From: an uncultured Burkholderiales bacterium
GTDB taxonomy: Bacteria; Actinomycetota; Acidimicrobiia; IMCC26256; JAGPDB01
Direction of reading: 5' to 3'
Assembly: GCA_964516875.1 (NCBI GenBank)
Contig: CAZFAO010000002.1
Span: 57,681-121,680, forward strand
Length of the DNA stretch: 64,000 nucleotides
The stretch's first letter is position 1; every line of letters begins with the position of its first letter. Both the position numbers and the translations under genes were made by a program. Below, in pieces: positions 9,261 through 20,227 of the stretch. The notes beneath the pieces were generated by a model. The model did not search any database. It saw only the letters and a list, made by a program, of their open reading frames with translations, and was not told the DNA's origin.

Positions 9261-12119
9261 ATGTCTATGGCTTCGAAGATCAGCGTCCGCGGCGCACGCG
9301 AACACAATCTCAAAAACGTCGATGTCGATCTTCCACGCGATTCGCTCGTTGTCTTAACGGGACTGTCGGGATCTGGAAAATCATCGTTAGCGTTTGACAC
9401 TATTTATGCTGAAGGTCAACGCCGTTATGTTGAATCGCTCTCGGCGTATGCGCGCCAGTTCCTCGGTCAAATGGAAAAGCCCGATGTCGACCTCATTGAA
9501 GGTTTATCTCCTGCAATTTCCATCGATCAAAAGTCCGCATCGCGAAACCCTCGCTCGACGGTGGGAACAATCACAGAAATTTATGATTACTTACGTTTGA
9601 TGTACGCACGCATTGGACATCCGCACTGTCCTACGTGTGGACGTTCCATTGCCCGTCAAACTCCACAGCAAATTGTCGATCGAATCATGAAAATGGAAGT
9701 GGGCACAAAGTTTCAAGTGTTAGCGCCTGTCGTTCGCGGTCGCAAAGGTCAGTATGACAGCTTGATAAAAGATCTGATTTCACAGGGTTATACGCGTGCG
9801 TATGTCGATGGAGAAATATTTGAGCTGAGTGAAATCGACCCGCTTGCTTTGGCGCGATATGAACAACACACGATCAAAGTGATTGTCGATCGTCTTGCGA
9901 TTAAACCATCGATTCAGCGACGATTAACTGATTCTTTAGAGACCGCGTTGACCCTTGCCGAGGGAATCGTTGAAATCGACATCGTCACGGGCGATATCGA
10001 AACCGTCGACCAGACTGATGATTCTTCTGTTCTGACGTTTTCGGAACACTTGGCGTGTAATCACTGTGGAACGAGTTTTGATGAATTGGCGCCTCGCAAC
10101 TTTTCGTTCAACTCTCCTTATGGTGCATGTCAAAACTGCGATGGTTTGGGAACTGCTTTTGAAGTTGATGTTGAACTTGTCGTTCCTGATCCTGATTTAT
10201 CGCTCGAAGAAGGCGCGATTTCCCCCTGGAGTGGTTTCAAAGGCGAGTACTTCAAAAAAGTTTTGCATTCTGTGTGTGAAATCTACGACATTGACATGGA
10301 TAAACCGTGGAAGAAGTTACCGAAGAAAGAACAGAACGTCATCATTGAAGGTACAGGCGATGAACAAATTGATGTGACGTTCAAAAATCGATACGGAAAG
10401 AAGCGTTCTTTTACTACCAAGTTTGAAGGTGTGTTGCCCTGGCTTCTTCGTCGATATGAAGAATCAGAATCGGAACGCGCACAACAAGTCATTGAAGGAT
10501 ACATGCGTGAAGTTCCGTGCACGGTGTGTAAGGGTGCTCGTCTCAATCCCGTTTCGCTGGGTGTAACGGTATGCGACAAATCAATTTTTGATGTGGGTGA
10601 ACTCTCGATTCATAAATGTAATGAATTCTTTCAGAACCTTGTGTTAAGTGAGCGCGAATCTTCTATCGCTCATGAGGTTGTTAAAGAAATCAGAGGGCGA
10701 CTCGCGTTTTTGAATGATGTTGGACTGCAGTATCTCTCCATTAACCGAACGTCGTCAACACTGTCGGGTGGTGAAGCACAACGAATCCGACTTGCATCAC
10801 AAATCGGGAGTGGTCTTGTTGGAGTTCTTTATGTATTAGACGAACCGTCCATTGGATTGCATCAGCGCGATAATGAACGTTTGTTGGGAACCATGACACG
10901 TCTCCGAGATTTAGGAAACACCGTCTTAGTAGTCGAACACGACGAAGAAACAATCATGGCTGCCGATTATGTCGTCGATGTTGGTCCGGGTGCAGGCGAG
11001 CACGGTGGTGAGATTATTCATGCCGGTTCCGTTGCTGCGTTACTGAAAAACAAGAAGTCGGTCACGGGTCAGTATCTCTCAGGAAAAAAGCAGGTTGTTG
11101 ATGAGGTTGTTCGTCGACCGTCAACGGGTGTCACCATCGACGTCAAGGGTGCACGCGAACATAACCTCAAAAATGTTGATGTGTCTATTCCGCTTTCCCA
11201 GTTTGTTGCCGTCAGTGGCGTGAGCGGGAGTGGAAAGTCTTCGCTCGTCAATGACATTGTGCTGAAAAGTCTGATGAAAAAGATTTACAAATCAAAAGAC
11301 GTGCCCGGTCGACATAGCAAAATTCTGGGTGCCCACAATATCGACAAAGTTATTTCCATCGATCAATCGCCCATTGGTCGCACGCCTCGATCTAACCCTG
11401 CAACATATACGGGAGTGTTCGACAAAATCCGTGCGCTCTTCGCACAAACACAAGAAGCAAAAGTTCGTGGATATTTAGTGGGACGCTTTTCGTTTAATGT
11501 CAAAGGCGGACGCTGCGAAGCCTGTTCGGGTGATGGAACAATCAAGATTGAAATGCATTTCTTGCCAGATGTGTATGTTCCTTGTGAAGTGTGTAAGGGA
11601 GACCGTTATAACCGCGACACTCTGGATATTACTTATAAAGGGAAAAACATCGCAGATGTTCTCAATATGTCGATCGAAGAAGCGCATGAGTTCTTTATTA
11701 AAATTCCTGTCATCGAACGTCACCTGAAAACGCTGGTTGATGTAGGGCTGGGTTATGTGCGACTCGGACAACAAGCGCCCACTTTGTCGGGTGGTGAAGC
11801 GCAGCGCGTGAAACTATCGAGCGAACTGGCAAAACGAAGTACGGGGCGCACTCTCTACCTTCTCGATGAACCGACTACGGGATTACATTTTGATGATGTA
11901 AAGAAATTACTGACGGTTCTTCACCGACTTGTCGACAGCGGCAACACGGTGCTTGTTATCGAGCACAACCTTGATGTCATTCGGAGCGCCGATTGGGTAA
12001 TTGATCTTGGCCCTGAAGGGGGAGATGGTGGAGGAGAAATCGTTGCCCAAGGAACCCCGGAAGATATCGCAAAAAATAAGGCCAGTCATACGGGTCGTTT
12101 TCTCAAACAACTAGTCTAA
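9261..12119 (+). CDS. uvrA: Excinuclease ABC subunit A
   Basis: Two ABC ATPase modules ([26 protein letters not shown] twice) and CxxC zinc fingers; start may be ATG 9267. Confidence 0.99.
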   Translation: MSMASKISVRGAREHNLKNVDVDLPRDSLVVLTGLSGSGKSSLAFDTIYAEGQRRYVESLSAYARQFLGQMEKPDVDLIEGLSPAISIDQKSASRNPRSTVGTITEIYDYLRLMYARIGHPHCPTCGRSIARQTPQQIVDRIMKMEVGTKFQVLAPVVRGRKGQYDSLIKDLISQGYTRAYVDGEIFELSEIDPLALARYEQHTIKVIVDRLAIKPSIQRRLTDSLETALTLAEGIVEIDIVTGDIETVDQTDDSSVLTFSEHLACNHCGTSFDELAPRNFSFNSPYGACQNCDGLGTAFEVDVELVVPDPDLSLEEGAISPWSGFKGEYFKKVLHSVCEIYDIDMDKPWKKLPKKEQNVIIEGTGDEQIDVTFKNRYGKKRSFTTKFEGVLPWLLRRYEESESERAQQVIEGYMREVPCTVCKGARLNPVSLGVTVCDKSIFDVGELSIHKCNEFFQNLVLSERESSIAHEVVKEIRGRLAFLNDVGLQYLSINRTSSTLSGGEAQRIRLASQIGSGLVGVLYVLDEPSIGLHQRDNERLLGTMTRLRDLGNTVLVVEHDEETIMAADYVVDVGPGAGEHGGEIIHAGSVAALLKNKKSVTGQYLSGKKQVVDEVVRRPSTGVTIDVKGAREHNLKNVDVSIPLSQFVAVSGVSGSGKSSLVNDIVLKSLMKKIYKSKDVPGRHSKILGAHNIDKVISIDQSPIGRTPRSNPATYTGVFDKIRALFAQTQEAKVRGYLVGRFSFNVKGGRCEACSGDGTIKIEMHFLPDVYVPCEVCKGDRYNRDTLDITYKGKNIADVLNMSIEEAHEFFIKIPVIERHLKTLVDVGLGYVRLGQQAPTLSGGEAQRVKLSSELAKRSTGRTLYLLDEPTTGLHFDDVKKLLTVLHRLVDSGNTVLVIEHNLDVIRSADWVIDLGPEGGDGGGEIVAQGTPEDIAKNKASHTGRFLKQLV

Positions 12120-12123
12120 AGGT

Positions 12124-13041
12124 ATGACAAATACATCTTACCCAGCCGCTTGGCATCCAGATCCCGCACGCCGTCACGAATTCCGATACTGGGATGGCGA
12201 GCAGTGGACAGAAAATGTTTCCAATAAAGGCGAAGTTTCCATCGACGAAGAGGGCAAAATAATGGCCAACTCCGGCGAAACCGCAGGAACCGGCCTCATT
12301 GACGGTGGAGCATACGGATATACAACTCCGCAAGAAGTTCAAGCACAAGTCGCTCAAGCGCAAACACAAGACGGATCGATCGCATCAGCAATCCGTATGC
12401 CTGAAGTTCCGTCAGAAGTAGTTCCTCCGCCGTCGTACACACAAAATATATTCACGGAAAAAATTCTTGTGATTAATCAAGTTGCAAAATTTATTGAACT
12501 CACCGCAGAATATGGAATTTACGATCAGAACGGTATCCAAATCGGTGCAGTACGTGAAGTGGATCAAACGCAATCGAAAAAAATTGCTCGAGCATTGTTG
12601 CCGGGCGATTCCATGATGTCGCATACGCTTGAAATTACGGACATGAACAATAGCGTGCTGCTCGTGATTAAAAAATCTGCCGGATTACGCAAGACGCAAA
12701 TTGTTGTTGAACGCGGAGACGGGACACATGTTGGTTCACTTGCCTACAAGATCCAAGTGGGTAAAGCAGAAATAAAAATGATGTGTGGGGATGAACATGC
12801 CGGCACGATCCTTGCGGAAAACTATCGAGCATGGGACTTTTCAATACAGGATTCTGGAGAAACAGAAATTGCCACGATTACAAAAACGTGGGAAGGACTC
12901 ACTCAGGCAATCTTTTCCTCTGCGGATAATTATGTTGTCCAGCTCAAGCAAGAGATCGAAGAGCCACTGCTCTCGTTGGTGCTCGCAGCATCTTTGGGTG
13001 TGGATCTCATCCTCAAGCAAAACGATAAGTGGCTTTTGTGA
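12124..13041 (+). CDS. DUF2510 domain plus scramblase/LURP-one (Tubby-like) domain protein
   Basis: PAAWHPDP...RYWDGEQWTE (DUF2510); C-terminal ...IATITKTWEGLTQAIFSSADNYVV...LVLAASLGVDL. Confidence 0.85.
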   Translation: MTNTSYPAAWHPDPARRHEFRYWDGEQWTENVSNKGEVSIDEEGKIMANSGETAGTGLIDGGAYGYTTPQEVQAQVAQAQTQDGSIASAIRMPEVPSEVVPPPSYTQNIFTEKILVINQVAKFIELTAEYGIYDQNGIQIGAVREVDQTQSKKIARALLPGDSMMSHTLEITDMNNSVLLVIKKSAGLRKTQIVVERGDGTHVGSLAYKIQVGKAEIKMMCGDEHAGTILAENYRAWDFSIQDSGETEIATITKTWEGLTQAIFSSADNYVVQLKQEIEEPLLSLVLAASLGVDLILKQNDKWLL

Positions 13042-13043
13042 AT

Positions 13044-13165
13044 GCGGGTCCGACCAGAAAGTGGGTCCGACCTCGTGGAGGGAAACCTCGCAACAACATC
13101 CGTCAATCGTTTGCTAAAGATCCGTATCAGGAGGTCGGACCCACTTTCAGGTCGGACCCACTTTC
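13044..13165. repeat. Inverted-repeat element built from a 17-bp unit GAAAGTGGGTCCGACC(T/A)
   Basis: Left arm gcgggtccgaccagaaagtgggtccgacctc (13044-13074); right arm gaggtcggacccactttcaggtcggacccactttc (13131-13165); between convergent genes. Confidence 0.85.
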
Positions 13166-14291
13166 AAGTAGTCCCAGAACTCGTGATGTCCAGCATGCGC
13201 TGAAGGCTGATGCGTGACCAGTGGCGAGTGTTGTCATCTACTCGAATTTCATTCACAGGATTACCCTCCGCCAAATGTTCAATGCACCACGCAAGGTGTG
13301 GCAAATCAACACGAAACATCGTCGAGCACGGACAATAAAGTGGGTCTAAAGATAGAACGGTTTTATCTGGATTCTCTTTGGCGAGTCGCTGGACTAGATG
13401 AACTTCCGTTGCAACACCAATGATTGATCCTGCCGGAGCAGCAACGACGTAGTCAATAATCTTTTCTGTCGATCCCACGACATCGGCCAGTGCGACAACT
13501 TCATTTTTTGTTTCCGGGTGAACAACAACTATTCCCTCGGGATAGCGAGAACGGAAATCAGCAATGTGGTCGGGAGAAAATCTTTGGTGAACACTGCAGT
13601 GACCTTTCCACAACCAAAAAGTAGTGTTGGCAATAGTCTGCTTGTCGTGTCCAATGCTCATGCGAGGATCATAGAGATAACAATCCTTTTGTGTATATCC
13701 CATTTGATAAGCAGTGTTGCGCCCAAGGTGTTGATCGGGAATAAAGAGAATATGTTTTCCCTTCTTCAAACCCCACTCAATTATCTGGCGTGCATTCGAT
13801 GATGTGCACACAGCGCCACCGTGTTCACCCACGAATGCCTTAATCGCTGCCGAAGAATTCATATAGGTGATAGGAACAATGTCATTTTCATCGACGACGG
13901 ATGTAAACATGTCCCAGGCATCGAGGACTTGTCGTTCCGATGCCATGTCCGCCATAGAGCATCCAGCGTTGAGGTCGGGAAGATAGATGTGTTGTTCTTC
14001 CTCGGTGAGAACATCTGCACTCTCGGCCATGAAGTGTACGCCGCAAAAAATAATGTGTTCAGCATGTGCATTGTCCGCAGCGTATCGTGCCAGCTTGTAT
14101 GAGTCGCCGCGTTCGTCGGCAAATTCAATAACTTCGTCACGCTGATAATGGTGTCCAAGAATAATAAGTTTATTTCCCAACTTTTCGCGGGCAGCACGGA
14201 TTCTCTGGCGGAGCTCATCCTCTGACGCACGGCTATAGTGGTCGTCTAAGGGAATCTGTATTCGTACAGGTGTAGGAACAACTTTGGTCAC
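13164..14291 (-). CDS. nadA: Quinolinate synthase A
   Basis: ILGHHYQRDEV, FCGVHFMAESA, AGCSMADMA, KGHCSVHQRF, CPCSTM (Fe-S cysteines). Confidence 0.97.
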   Translation of the reverse strand: MTKVVPTPVRIQIPLDDHYSRASEDELRQRIRAAREKLGNKLIILGHHYQRDEVIEFADERGDSYKLARYAADNAHAEHIIFCGVHFMAESADVLTEEEQHIYLPDLNAGCSMADMASERQVLDAWDMFTSVVDENDIVPITYMNSSAAIKAFVGEHGGAVCTSSNARQIIEWGLKKGKHILFIPDQHLGRNTAYQMGYTQKDCYLYDPRMSIGHDKQTIANTTFWLWKGHCSVHQRFSPDHIADFRSRYPEGIVVVHPETKNEVVALADVVGSTEKIIDYVVAAPAGSIIGVATEVHLVQRLAKENPDKTVLSLDPLYCPCSTMFRVDLPHLAWCIEHLAEGNPVNEIRVDDNTRHWSRISLQRMLDITSSGTT

Positions 14292-14319
14292 ATATCTAGT
14301 GTAGGGAATTTATAGGTCA

Positions 14320-16173
14320 ATGCTCGCGCCCAAACCCACGGACATCCCAACTTCCCCTGGCTCCTATCAGTTCTATTCGGCTGATAACGAAATTCTTTAT
14401 GTGGGAAAAGCCAAGAATCTTCGGTCTCGGGTTGCGTCGTATTTTCAAAATGGTCCGAAACACAATATGCGGATCGATCAAATGCTCGAGATTGCAGATC
14501 GCGTTGAATGGATTGTTGTTTCCAATGAGACAGAGTCTCTCTTGCTGGAATATTCACTGATCCAACAACATAAGCCCCGATATAACGTCCGGCTCAAAGA
14601 TGATAAGTCCTATCCCTGGTTGGCAATCACCATGGGAGAGAAGTGGCCACGTGCGGGATTGCATCGAGGAAAACACAAACGTGGTGTGAAGTATTTTGGA
14701 CCATATACTTCTGCTTATACCATTCGTGAAACTCTTGATGTCTTGACGACGATCTTTCCGGTACGAACATGTTCGCCAGCAAAATATGCAGATTACAAAC
14801 GACGCGGTCGCGGATGTTTGTTGTATGACATTGGGAAGTGTTGTGCTCCCTGTATTGGTGCTGTCGAGAAAGAGCAATACGATGACTACGTTCACTCGCT
14901 GACTGCGTTCCTCGGTGGAGACAATCGAGATGCAGCTGCCCAAGTGCAGGCGCAGATGGAATTAGCATCACGCAATCAAGAGTTTGAAAAAGCGGCAATT
15001 CTTCGAGATCGACTTGAGCTGCTTCAACAGATTATTGAACGTCAAGAAATTTATGGCTCAGAACGCGAAAATTTTGACGTGCTGAGTTTTGTTTCCGACA
15101 ATATTGAAATCTGTGTAGAACTTTTTCGTGTGCGTCGCGGGCGACTTTTAGGCTCACGTCGTTTTATTTTGGAGCCACAAGAGATCTCTCCCGACGAAAC
15201 ACTGATTGATCAAGTGTTGATCCGTCTCTATGAGGGCCAACTGCCTGAGGTGATTCCATCGACGGTCTTTGTTTCTGAACTGCCGAGCGACCATCGGGCT
15301 TATGACAAGTTACTTTCTTCACAGCGCGGCGACAAGGTCACTCTCAAGGTTCCGCTGAAAGGATCAAAAAAGAAATTGCTTGACCTTGCTTCTGAAAATG
15401 CGCAAGATTCGCTTTCGCGACGAAAGAAAACTCGCATCAATGATATTGAACAGCGGACGAATGCGTTAGCTGATCTCGTGAAACAACTTGATCTCAAACG
15501 TGTGTCGTTGCGCATTGAATGTTTTGATATTTCGCACATCCAAGGAACAAATACTGTTGCTTCAATGGTTGTTCTTGACGATGGTCTCCCGAAAAAAAGT
15601 GACTATCGCCATTTTACAATTACCCATGGACAGGGCAATGATGATTTTCTTTCGATGGAAGAAGCCATCACCCGCCGTTTTACTGCTTTCCAGGGTCGGA
15701 CCCTGGAAAAGAATAAGCAGGATTCGTTTTCAGTGTTACCAGACCTCCTTCTTATCGATGGTGGCAAGGGGCAGCTGAGCGCTGTGATGCGGGCGTTAAC
15801 ATCTTTGGGGATGGAAGATAAGTTCGATGTCGCATCGTTAGCCAAGCGTGAAGAAGAAGTTTTCCGTCCGAACGAATCATTGCCACATGTTATTCCTGTC
15901 GGTTCACTTTCTCTGATGTTGCTTCAAGTGATCCGCGACGAAGCCCACCGGTTCGCAATTACTCACCACCGTAAAAAGAGAACTGCTGCAATGACGGCCA
16001 GTATTCTCGATGAAGTTGACGGTCTCGGTCCGAGTCGCAAGAAGAAATTGCTGCAGTCGTTTGGCTCAATTAAGCAGCTCAAAGAGCAGAGTCTCGAGAC
16101 ATTACAGAGTTTGACCTATCTTCCCGATAACGTTGCACGTAGTGTTTATTCCACCCTCCATCCAGAAAGTTAA
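14320..16173 (+). CDS. uvrC: Excinuclease ABC subunit C
   Basis: GIY-YIG YVGKAKNLRSRV, RIECFDISH, PDLLLIDGGKGQL, HhH GLGPSRKKKLL. Confidence 0.99.
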   Translation: MLAPKPTDIPTSPGSYQFYSADNEILYVGKAKNLRSRVASYFQNGPKHNMRIDQMLEIADRVEWIVVSNETESLLLEYSLIQQHKPRYNVRLKDDKSYPWLAITMGEKWPRAGLHRGKHKRGVKYFGPYTSAYTIRETLDVLTTIFPVRTCSPAKYADYKRRGRGCLLYDIGKCCAPCIGAVEKEQYDDYVHSLTAFLGGDNRDAAAQVQAQMELASRNQEFEKAAILRDRLELLQQIIERQEIYGSERENFDVLSFVSDNIEICVELFRVRRGRLLGSRRFILEPQEISPDETLIDQVLIRLYEGQLPEVIPSTVFVSELPSDHRAYDKLLSSQRGDKVTLKVPLKGSKKKLLDLASENAQDSLSRRKKTRINDIEQRTNALADLVKQLDLKRVSLRIECFDISHIQGTNTVASMVVLDDGLPKKSDYRHFTITHGQGNDDFLSMEEAITRRFTAFQGRTLEKNKQDSFSVLPDLLLIDGGKGQLSAVMRALTSLGMEDKFDVASLAKREEEVFRPNESLPHVIPVGSLSLMLLQVIRDEAHRFAITHHRKKRTAAMTASILDEVDGLGPSRKKKLLQSFGSIKQLKEQSLETLQSLTYLPDNVARSVYSTLHPES

Positions 16174-16176
16174 TCA

Positions 16177-17040
16177 ATGGCGCGCATAGTACTTCTCACC
16201 GGACTAGCTGGAGCAGGACGAACAACCGCTGCGGACATTCTCGAAGATATGGGGTATTACGTCATCGAGAATCTTCCAGCACCGATCATCGGCGATGTTG
16301 TGGAACAGATGCACAACCGCAACGATGATGATGGTCATTTAGCCATTGCTGTTGACTTGCGAGATCAATCGTCTATCGACAGCTTGTTGCAAGTGCGTCT
16401 CGACCTTCGCGAACGTGGCGATAGTGTCGACATTGTTTTTCTTGATGCCGATGACGACACAATTATTCGTCGTTTCGAACAAACGCGTCGACCTCATCCA
16501 TACATTTCTGCTGGTGTTCTGACAAAGGGTATTGAAATCGAACGAGAACTTCTCGGCGAAGTATTGGCTTATGCTGACATCCACATCGACACAACGATGA
16601 CTAATCCGACGCAGTTAGGGCAGCAGCTTGCGATGTTGTTTAGCGGAGAAGCGACAGGGACAACAGTTGTTGTTAATTCGTTTGGATTTAAGTACGGCTC
16701 ACCTCGCGATGCTGACTTTCTTTTTGATGTTCGTTTTCTCCCTAATCCTTTTTGGGAACCAGAACTGCGAGAACATTCTGGTTTAGAAAGAGTGATACGT
16801 GATTACGTCAGCACGTTCGACGGGTACGAGAAATATATAAGCTCTCTCACTGAGATCCTTGATATATCTATCAAGGAATTTACCAACTTAGGGAAAGGGT
16901 TTGTGACAATTGCCTTTGGGTGCACAGGTGGCGTGCATCGTAGCGTGACGGTTGTGCATGATGTTTCAACATGGTTACGCAATGCAGGATATAAAGTCAT
17001 TGTTGTTCACCGAGAACTCGATGGAGATGAGTTCGAATGA
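16177..17040 (+). CDS. rapZ: RNase adapter / P-loop nucleotide-binding protein RapZ (YvcJ)
   Basis: LTGLAGAGRT, SFGFKYGSP, FDVRFLPNP, GCTGGVHRSV. Confidence 0.96.
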   Translation: MARIVLLTGLAGAGRTTAADILEDMGYYVIENLPAPIIGDVVEQMHNRNDDDGHLAIAVDLRDQSSIDSLLQVRLDLRERGDSVDIVFLDADDDTIIRRFEQTRRPHPYISAGVLTKGIEIERELLGEVLAYADIHIDTTMTNPTQLGQQLAMLFSGEATGTTVVVNSFGFKYGSPRDADFLFDVRFLPNPFWEPELREHSGLERVIRDYVSTFDGYEKYISSLTEILDISIKEFTNLGKGFVTIAFGCTGGVHRSVTVVHDVSTWLRNAGYKVIVVHRELDGDEFE

Positions 17041-17915
17041 AAAAAATTGTTTCGTTGGGAGGTGGCCATGGTCTTTCCATGGTTTTGCGTTCGTTGCTTC
17101 CCTGCAACGTGGATCAAACAGCGATTGTGAGTGTGGCAGATGACGGGGGTTCGTCCGGGCGATTGCGTCACGATCTCGACATTGTTGCACCCGGCGATAT
17201 TCGATCATGCATCCTTGCTCTTTCACAAACCGATGAAGAAGACCTTGACGCCGCGATGACAAAAATTTTTGACTACCGATTTGATAAAGGTGAACTCGAC
17301 GGCCACTCGTTAGGCAATCTGATCCTTGTGGCACTCGCTCGCGAATTAGGTTCGTTTGAAGCAGCCGTTGCTGAAGCGAGTCGACTGTTGAATGTCCGTG
17401 GACGAGTTCTTCCCGCGACAGAATCGAGTGTTGTGTTGTGTGCTGAAACAAAAAGTGGGTTAGTGCGTGGACAAGTTCAAATTGAACAAACGAAAGATAT
17501 CGATCGAGTGTTTTTGGATCCCGATGACGCATTGCCTTTAGCGGGAGTCGTCGATGCAATTCTTGACGCTGACCATATTCTCTACGCACCAGGAAGTTTA
17601 TTCACATCAGTGATTCCCGTTTTTATTATCCCTGAGATTTCTCACGCACTGAAAATAACGAAGGCAGATGTCACCATGATTATGAACCTTGTTAATCGCG
17701 GTCCCGATACGGAATCGATGACAGGCGACGATCATCTCGCAAAAGTACTTGAACATAATGGTCGTGTCGATCGTGTCATTTGTGATACAGATTCACTGCG
17801 GGTAAAAAATCCACCCGACGGGGTCGAACTAGTTGAATCTATGCTGAGCGAAGAAACTGATACTCACGATCCATTATTACTGCGTCGACTTCTTGTCGAT
17901 ATCCTTAAGCTCTAA
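17037..17915 (+). CDS. yvcK: YvcK/CuvA uridine-diphosphate-N-acetylglucosamine-binding (gluconeogenesis factor) protein
   Basis: SLGGGHGL, VADDGGSSGRLR, PGDIR, GHSLGNL, PGSLFTSV. Confidence 0.95.
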   Translation: MKKIVSLGGGHGLSMVLRSLLPCNVDQTAIVSVADDGGSSGRLRHDLDIVAPGDIRSCILALSQTDEEDLDAAMTKIFDYRFDKGELDGHSLGNLILVALARELGSFEAAVAEASRLLNVRGRVLPATESSVVLCAETKSGLVRGQVQIEQTKDIDRVFLDPDDALPLAGVVDAILDADHILYAPGSLFTSVIPVFIIPEISHALKITKADVTMIMNLVNRGPDTESMTGDDHLAKVLEHNGRVDRVICDTDSLRVKNPPDGVELVESMLSEETDTHDPLLLRRLLVDILKL

Positions 17916-18001
17916 CAATATTCATAATTTTCTTGGCCGAGGCGTCTTTCCCGCTAGTATCGTGACGCAGTATTTTTTGAGCAACCGTGAAAGGTGATGA
18001 T

Positions 18002-19039
18002 ATGAGTCTTCGTGTAGGAATCAATGGATTTGGAAGAATCGGACGTAGTTTTACTCGAGCAATTTTGGCGAGAGGCTTGATGGATGACGTAACCCTTGCT
18101 GCGATTAATGATCCTTTTGGCGATTCGGAATCGATGGCATTTCTCTTAAAGCATGACAGCGTGGGGGGAACACTCGAGCACCGTATTGCTGCGACGAGTT
18201 CTGGTTTAGACATTGATGGTTTTTCTGTAACAAAGTTTGAAGAAAAAGATCCTGCCCAGATCGATTGGAAAGCAGCAGGCGTTGATATCGTCATTGAATC
18301 AACTGGTATTTTCACGGCGCGTGAAGCGGCCGCTGCACACCTCGTTGGTGGTGCAAAGAAAGTTATTATTTCTGCACCGAGTCCTGATGCGGATGCAACA
18401 ATCTGTATAGGTGTTAACGATGACGTTTATTCGCGCAAAGATCACCACGTAATCTCGAATGCGTCCTGTACAACAAACTGTTTGGCGCCCTTGGTAAAAG
18501 TTCTTGACGATAATCTCGGCATCCAACAAGGTTTTATGACTACAGCTCATGCCTACACGTCTGATCAGCAACTCCAGGACATGGCGGTAACAAGCCGAAA
18601 GGGCAAAGCTGATCTTCGTCGCATGCGAGCAGCTGCACTTTCTATTATTCCTTCGTCAACAGGGGCTGCAAAAGCTATTGGTGTGGTATTGCCTCAGCTC
18701 GACGGCAAACTCGATGGAATTGCGTTGCGTGTTCCAACACCCGTTGGTTCGATTACTGACTTAACCGTGCAAGTAGATAAAGCTGCATCCAAAGAAGAAG
18801 TCAATGCGCTCTTTGAAAAAGCATCGAATGATAAAAGTTTCCGAGGAGTCTTAGAGTACACAACGGAAGAACTTGTTTCCAGCGACATTGTAGGAAATCC
18901 TTCATCGTGCATTTACTCAAGTCCAGACACGATGGTTGCAGGTAATTCCATCAAGGTTCTTGGTTGGTATGACAATGAGTGGGGATATTCCAACCGTCTT
19001 GTTGACTTAGCAGTTTTCTTAGAAGAGAGCGGTTTGTAA
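18002..19039 (+). CDS. gap: Glyceraldehyde-3-phosphate dehydrogenase type I
   Basis: GINGFGRIGR, SNASCTTNCLAP, WYDNEWGYS; SD GAAAGG before ATG 18002. Confidence 0.99.
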   Translation: MSLRVGINGFGRIGRSFTRAILARGLMDDVTLAAINDPFGDSESMAFLLKHDSVGGTLEHRIAATSSGLDIDGFSVTKFEEKDPAQIDWKAAGVDIVIESTGIFTAREAAAAHLVGGAKKVIISAPSPDADATICIGVNDDVYSRKDHHVISNASCTTNCLAPLVKVLDDNLGIQQGFMTTAHAYTSDQQLQDMAVTSRKGKADLRRMRAAALSIIPSSTGAAKAIGVVLPQLDGKLDGIALRVPTPVGSITDLTVQVDKAASKEEVNALFEKASNDKSFRGVLEYTTEELVSSDIVGNPSSCIYSSPDTMVAGNSIKVLGWYDNEWGYSNRLVDLAVFLEESGL

Positions 19040-19043
19040 ATCA

Positions 19044-20225
19044 ATGACTGAAGGTCTTCCTCATCTTGTTGATGCAACGATAAATCCAGGCGATGTTGTT
19101 TTCGTTCGTATCGATTGCAATGTTCCTCTGACTGATGATGGCTTTATCGCTGATGCATTTCGTCTTGAAGCTGTAACGCCAACATTGCAGTACCTGAAAG
19201 AAAAAGGTGCGAAAATCATTATTGCTGGAGCGATTGGTCGACCCAAGGGTAAGCGTGACGAATCGCTGACGACAAAATGTATTGCACACTATTTTGAAGG
19301 ACGCGTTTTTGATAATTGCAATTACGTCGATGTCATGCACGGGCCAGTGGTCCAGGATGCTCTTGCTGGAAGTTTTCAAGGCGATGCAATTGTTTTAGAG
19401 AACTTACGGTTTTGGTCGGAAGAAGAATCCAATGATTCTGAATTCGCACGATTACTCGCAGCCGAAGCTGATGTGTATGTCAACGATGCTTTTGGGCAAA
19501 GTCACCGCAATCAAGCCTCGATTGTAGCCATTACGGAATTTCTTCCTTCGTACGCGGGGCTGTGCTTAGAAAAAGAAGTGTCAGCACTTGAAAGTGTATT
19601 GAAAAATGGTAAGGCGCCCGTGGTGGGCATAATTGGTGGTGCAAAAGTATCAGACAAGCTTGGAGTGATCGAAGCGCTGATGGATCGATGCGATTCGCTA
19701 TTGATTGGCGGAGCCATGGCCTACACATTTCTCAAGGGCCAAGGAAAAGCAATCGGTCAGTCGTTGTGCGAAGATAATTTTGTTTCTACAACAGCCGAAT
19801 GGATGAAGTCAGGGAAAATAATTCTTCCGACAGACTCGGTTGTTGCCGAAACAATGACCTCAACGGACACAAAGATTACTGGTGAGATTGCAGACGGGTT
19901 CGCAGGTTTCGATATCGGCCCAGAAACGATAAAAAGATTCTCAGACATTATTTCCCAAGCGCAAACAATCCTCTGGAATGGCCCTATGGGGGTCTTCGAA
20001 CAACCCCAATTCGCACAAGGAACGCAAAGTATCGGTCAGGCTGTTGCTGATTCGAATGGATTTAGTGTTGTGGGTGGAGGAGATTCCGTTGCTGCCATTC
20101 GCGCAATGAAACTAGAAGACAAAATTGATCACGTATCAACAGGTGGGGGAGCCACGCTCGAATATATCGAGACCGGTTCTCTCGTGGGTGTGGATGCACT
20201 AATGAACACACAAGTAAAAGGATAA
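19044..20225 (+). CDS. pgk: Phosphoglycerate kinase
   Basis: RIDCNVP, LENLRF, NDAFG, GGAKVSDK, WNGPMGVFE, HVSTGGGA. Confidence 0.98.
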   Translation: MTEGLPHLVDATINPGDVVFVRIDCNVPLTDDGFIADAFRLEAVTPTLQYLKEKGAKIIIAGAIGRPKGKRDESLTTKCIAHYFEGRVFDNCNYVDVMHGPVVQDALAGSFQGDAIVLENLRFWSEEESNDSEFARLLAAEADVYVNDAFGQSHRNQASIVAITEFLPSYAGLCLEKEVSALESVLKNGKAPVVGIIGGAKVSDKLGVIEALMDRCDSLLIGGAMAYTFLKGQGKAIGQSLCEDNFVSTTAEWMKSGKIILPTDSVVAETMTSTDTKITGEIADGFAGFDIGPETIKRFSDIISQAQTILWNGPMGVFEQPQFAQGTQSIGQAVADSNGFSVVGGGDSVAAIRAMKLEDKIDHVSTGGGATLEYIETGSLVGVDALMNTQVKG

Positions 20226-20227
20226 AG

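Noticed and set aside
13029-13217. 62-aa ORF spanning the inverted-repeat element
   Set aside because: It derives from the repeat sequence, overlaps both neighbouring genes and has no start signal.
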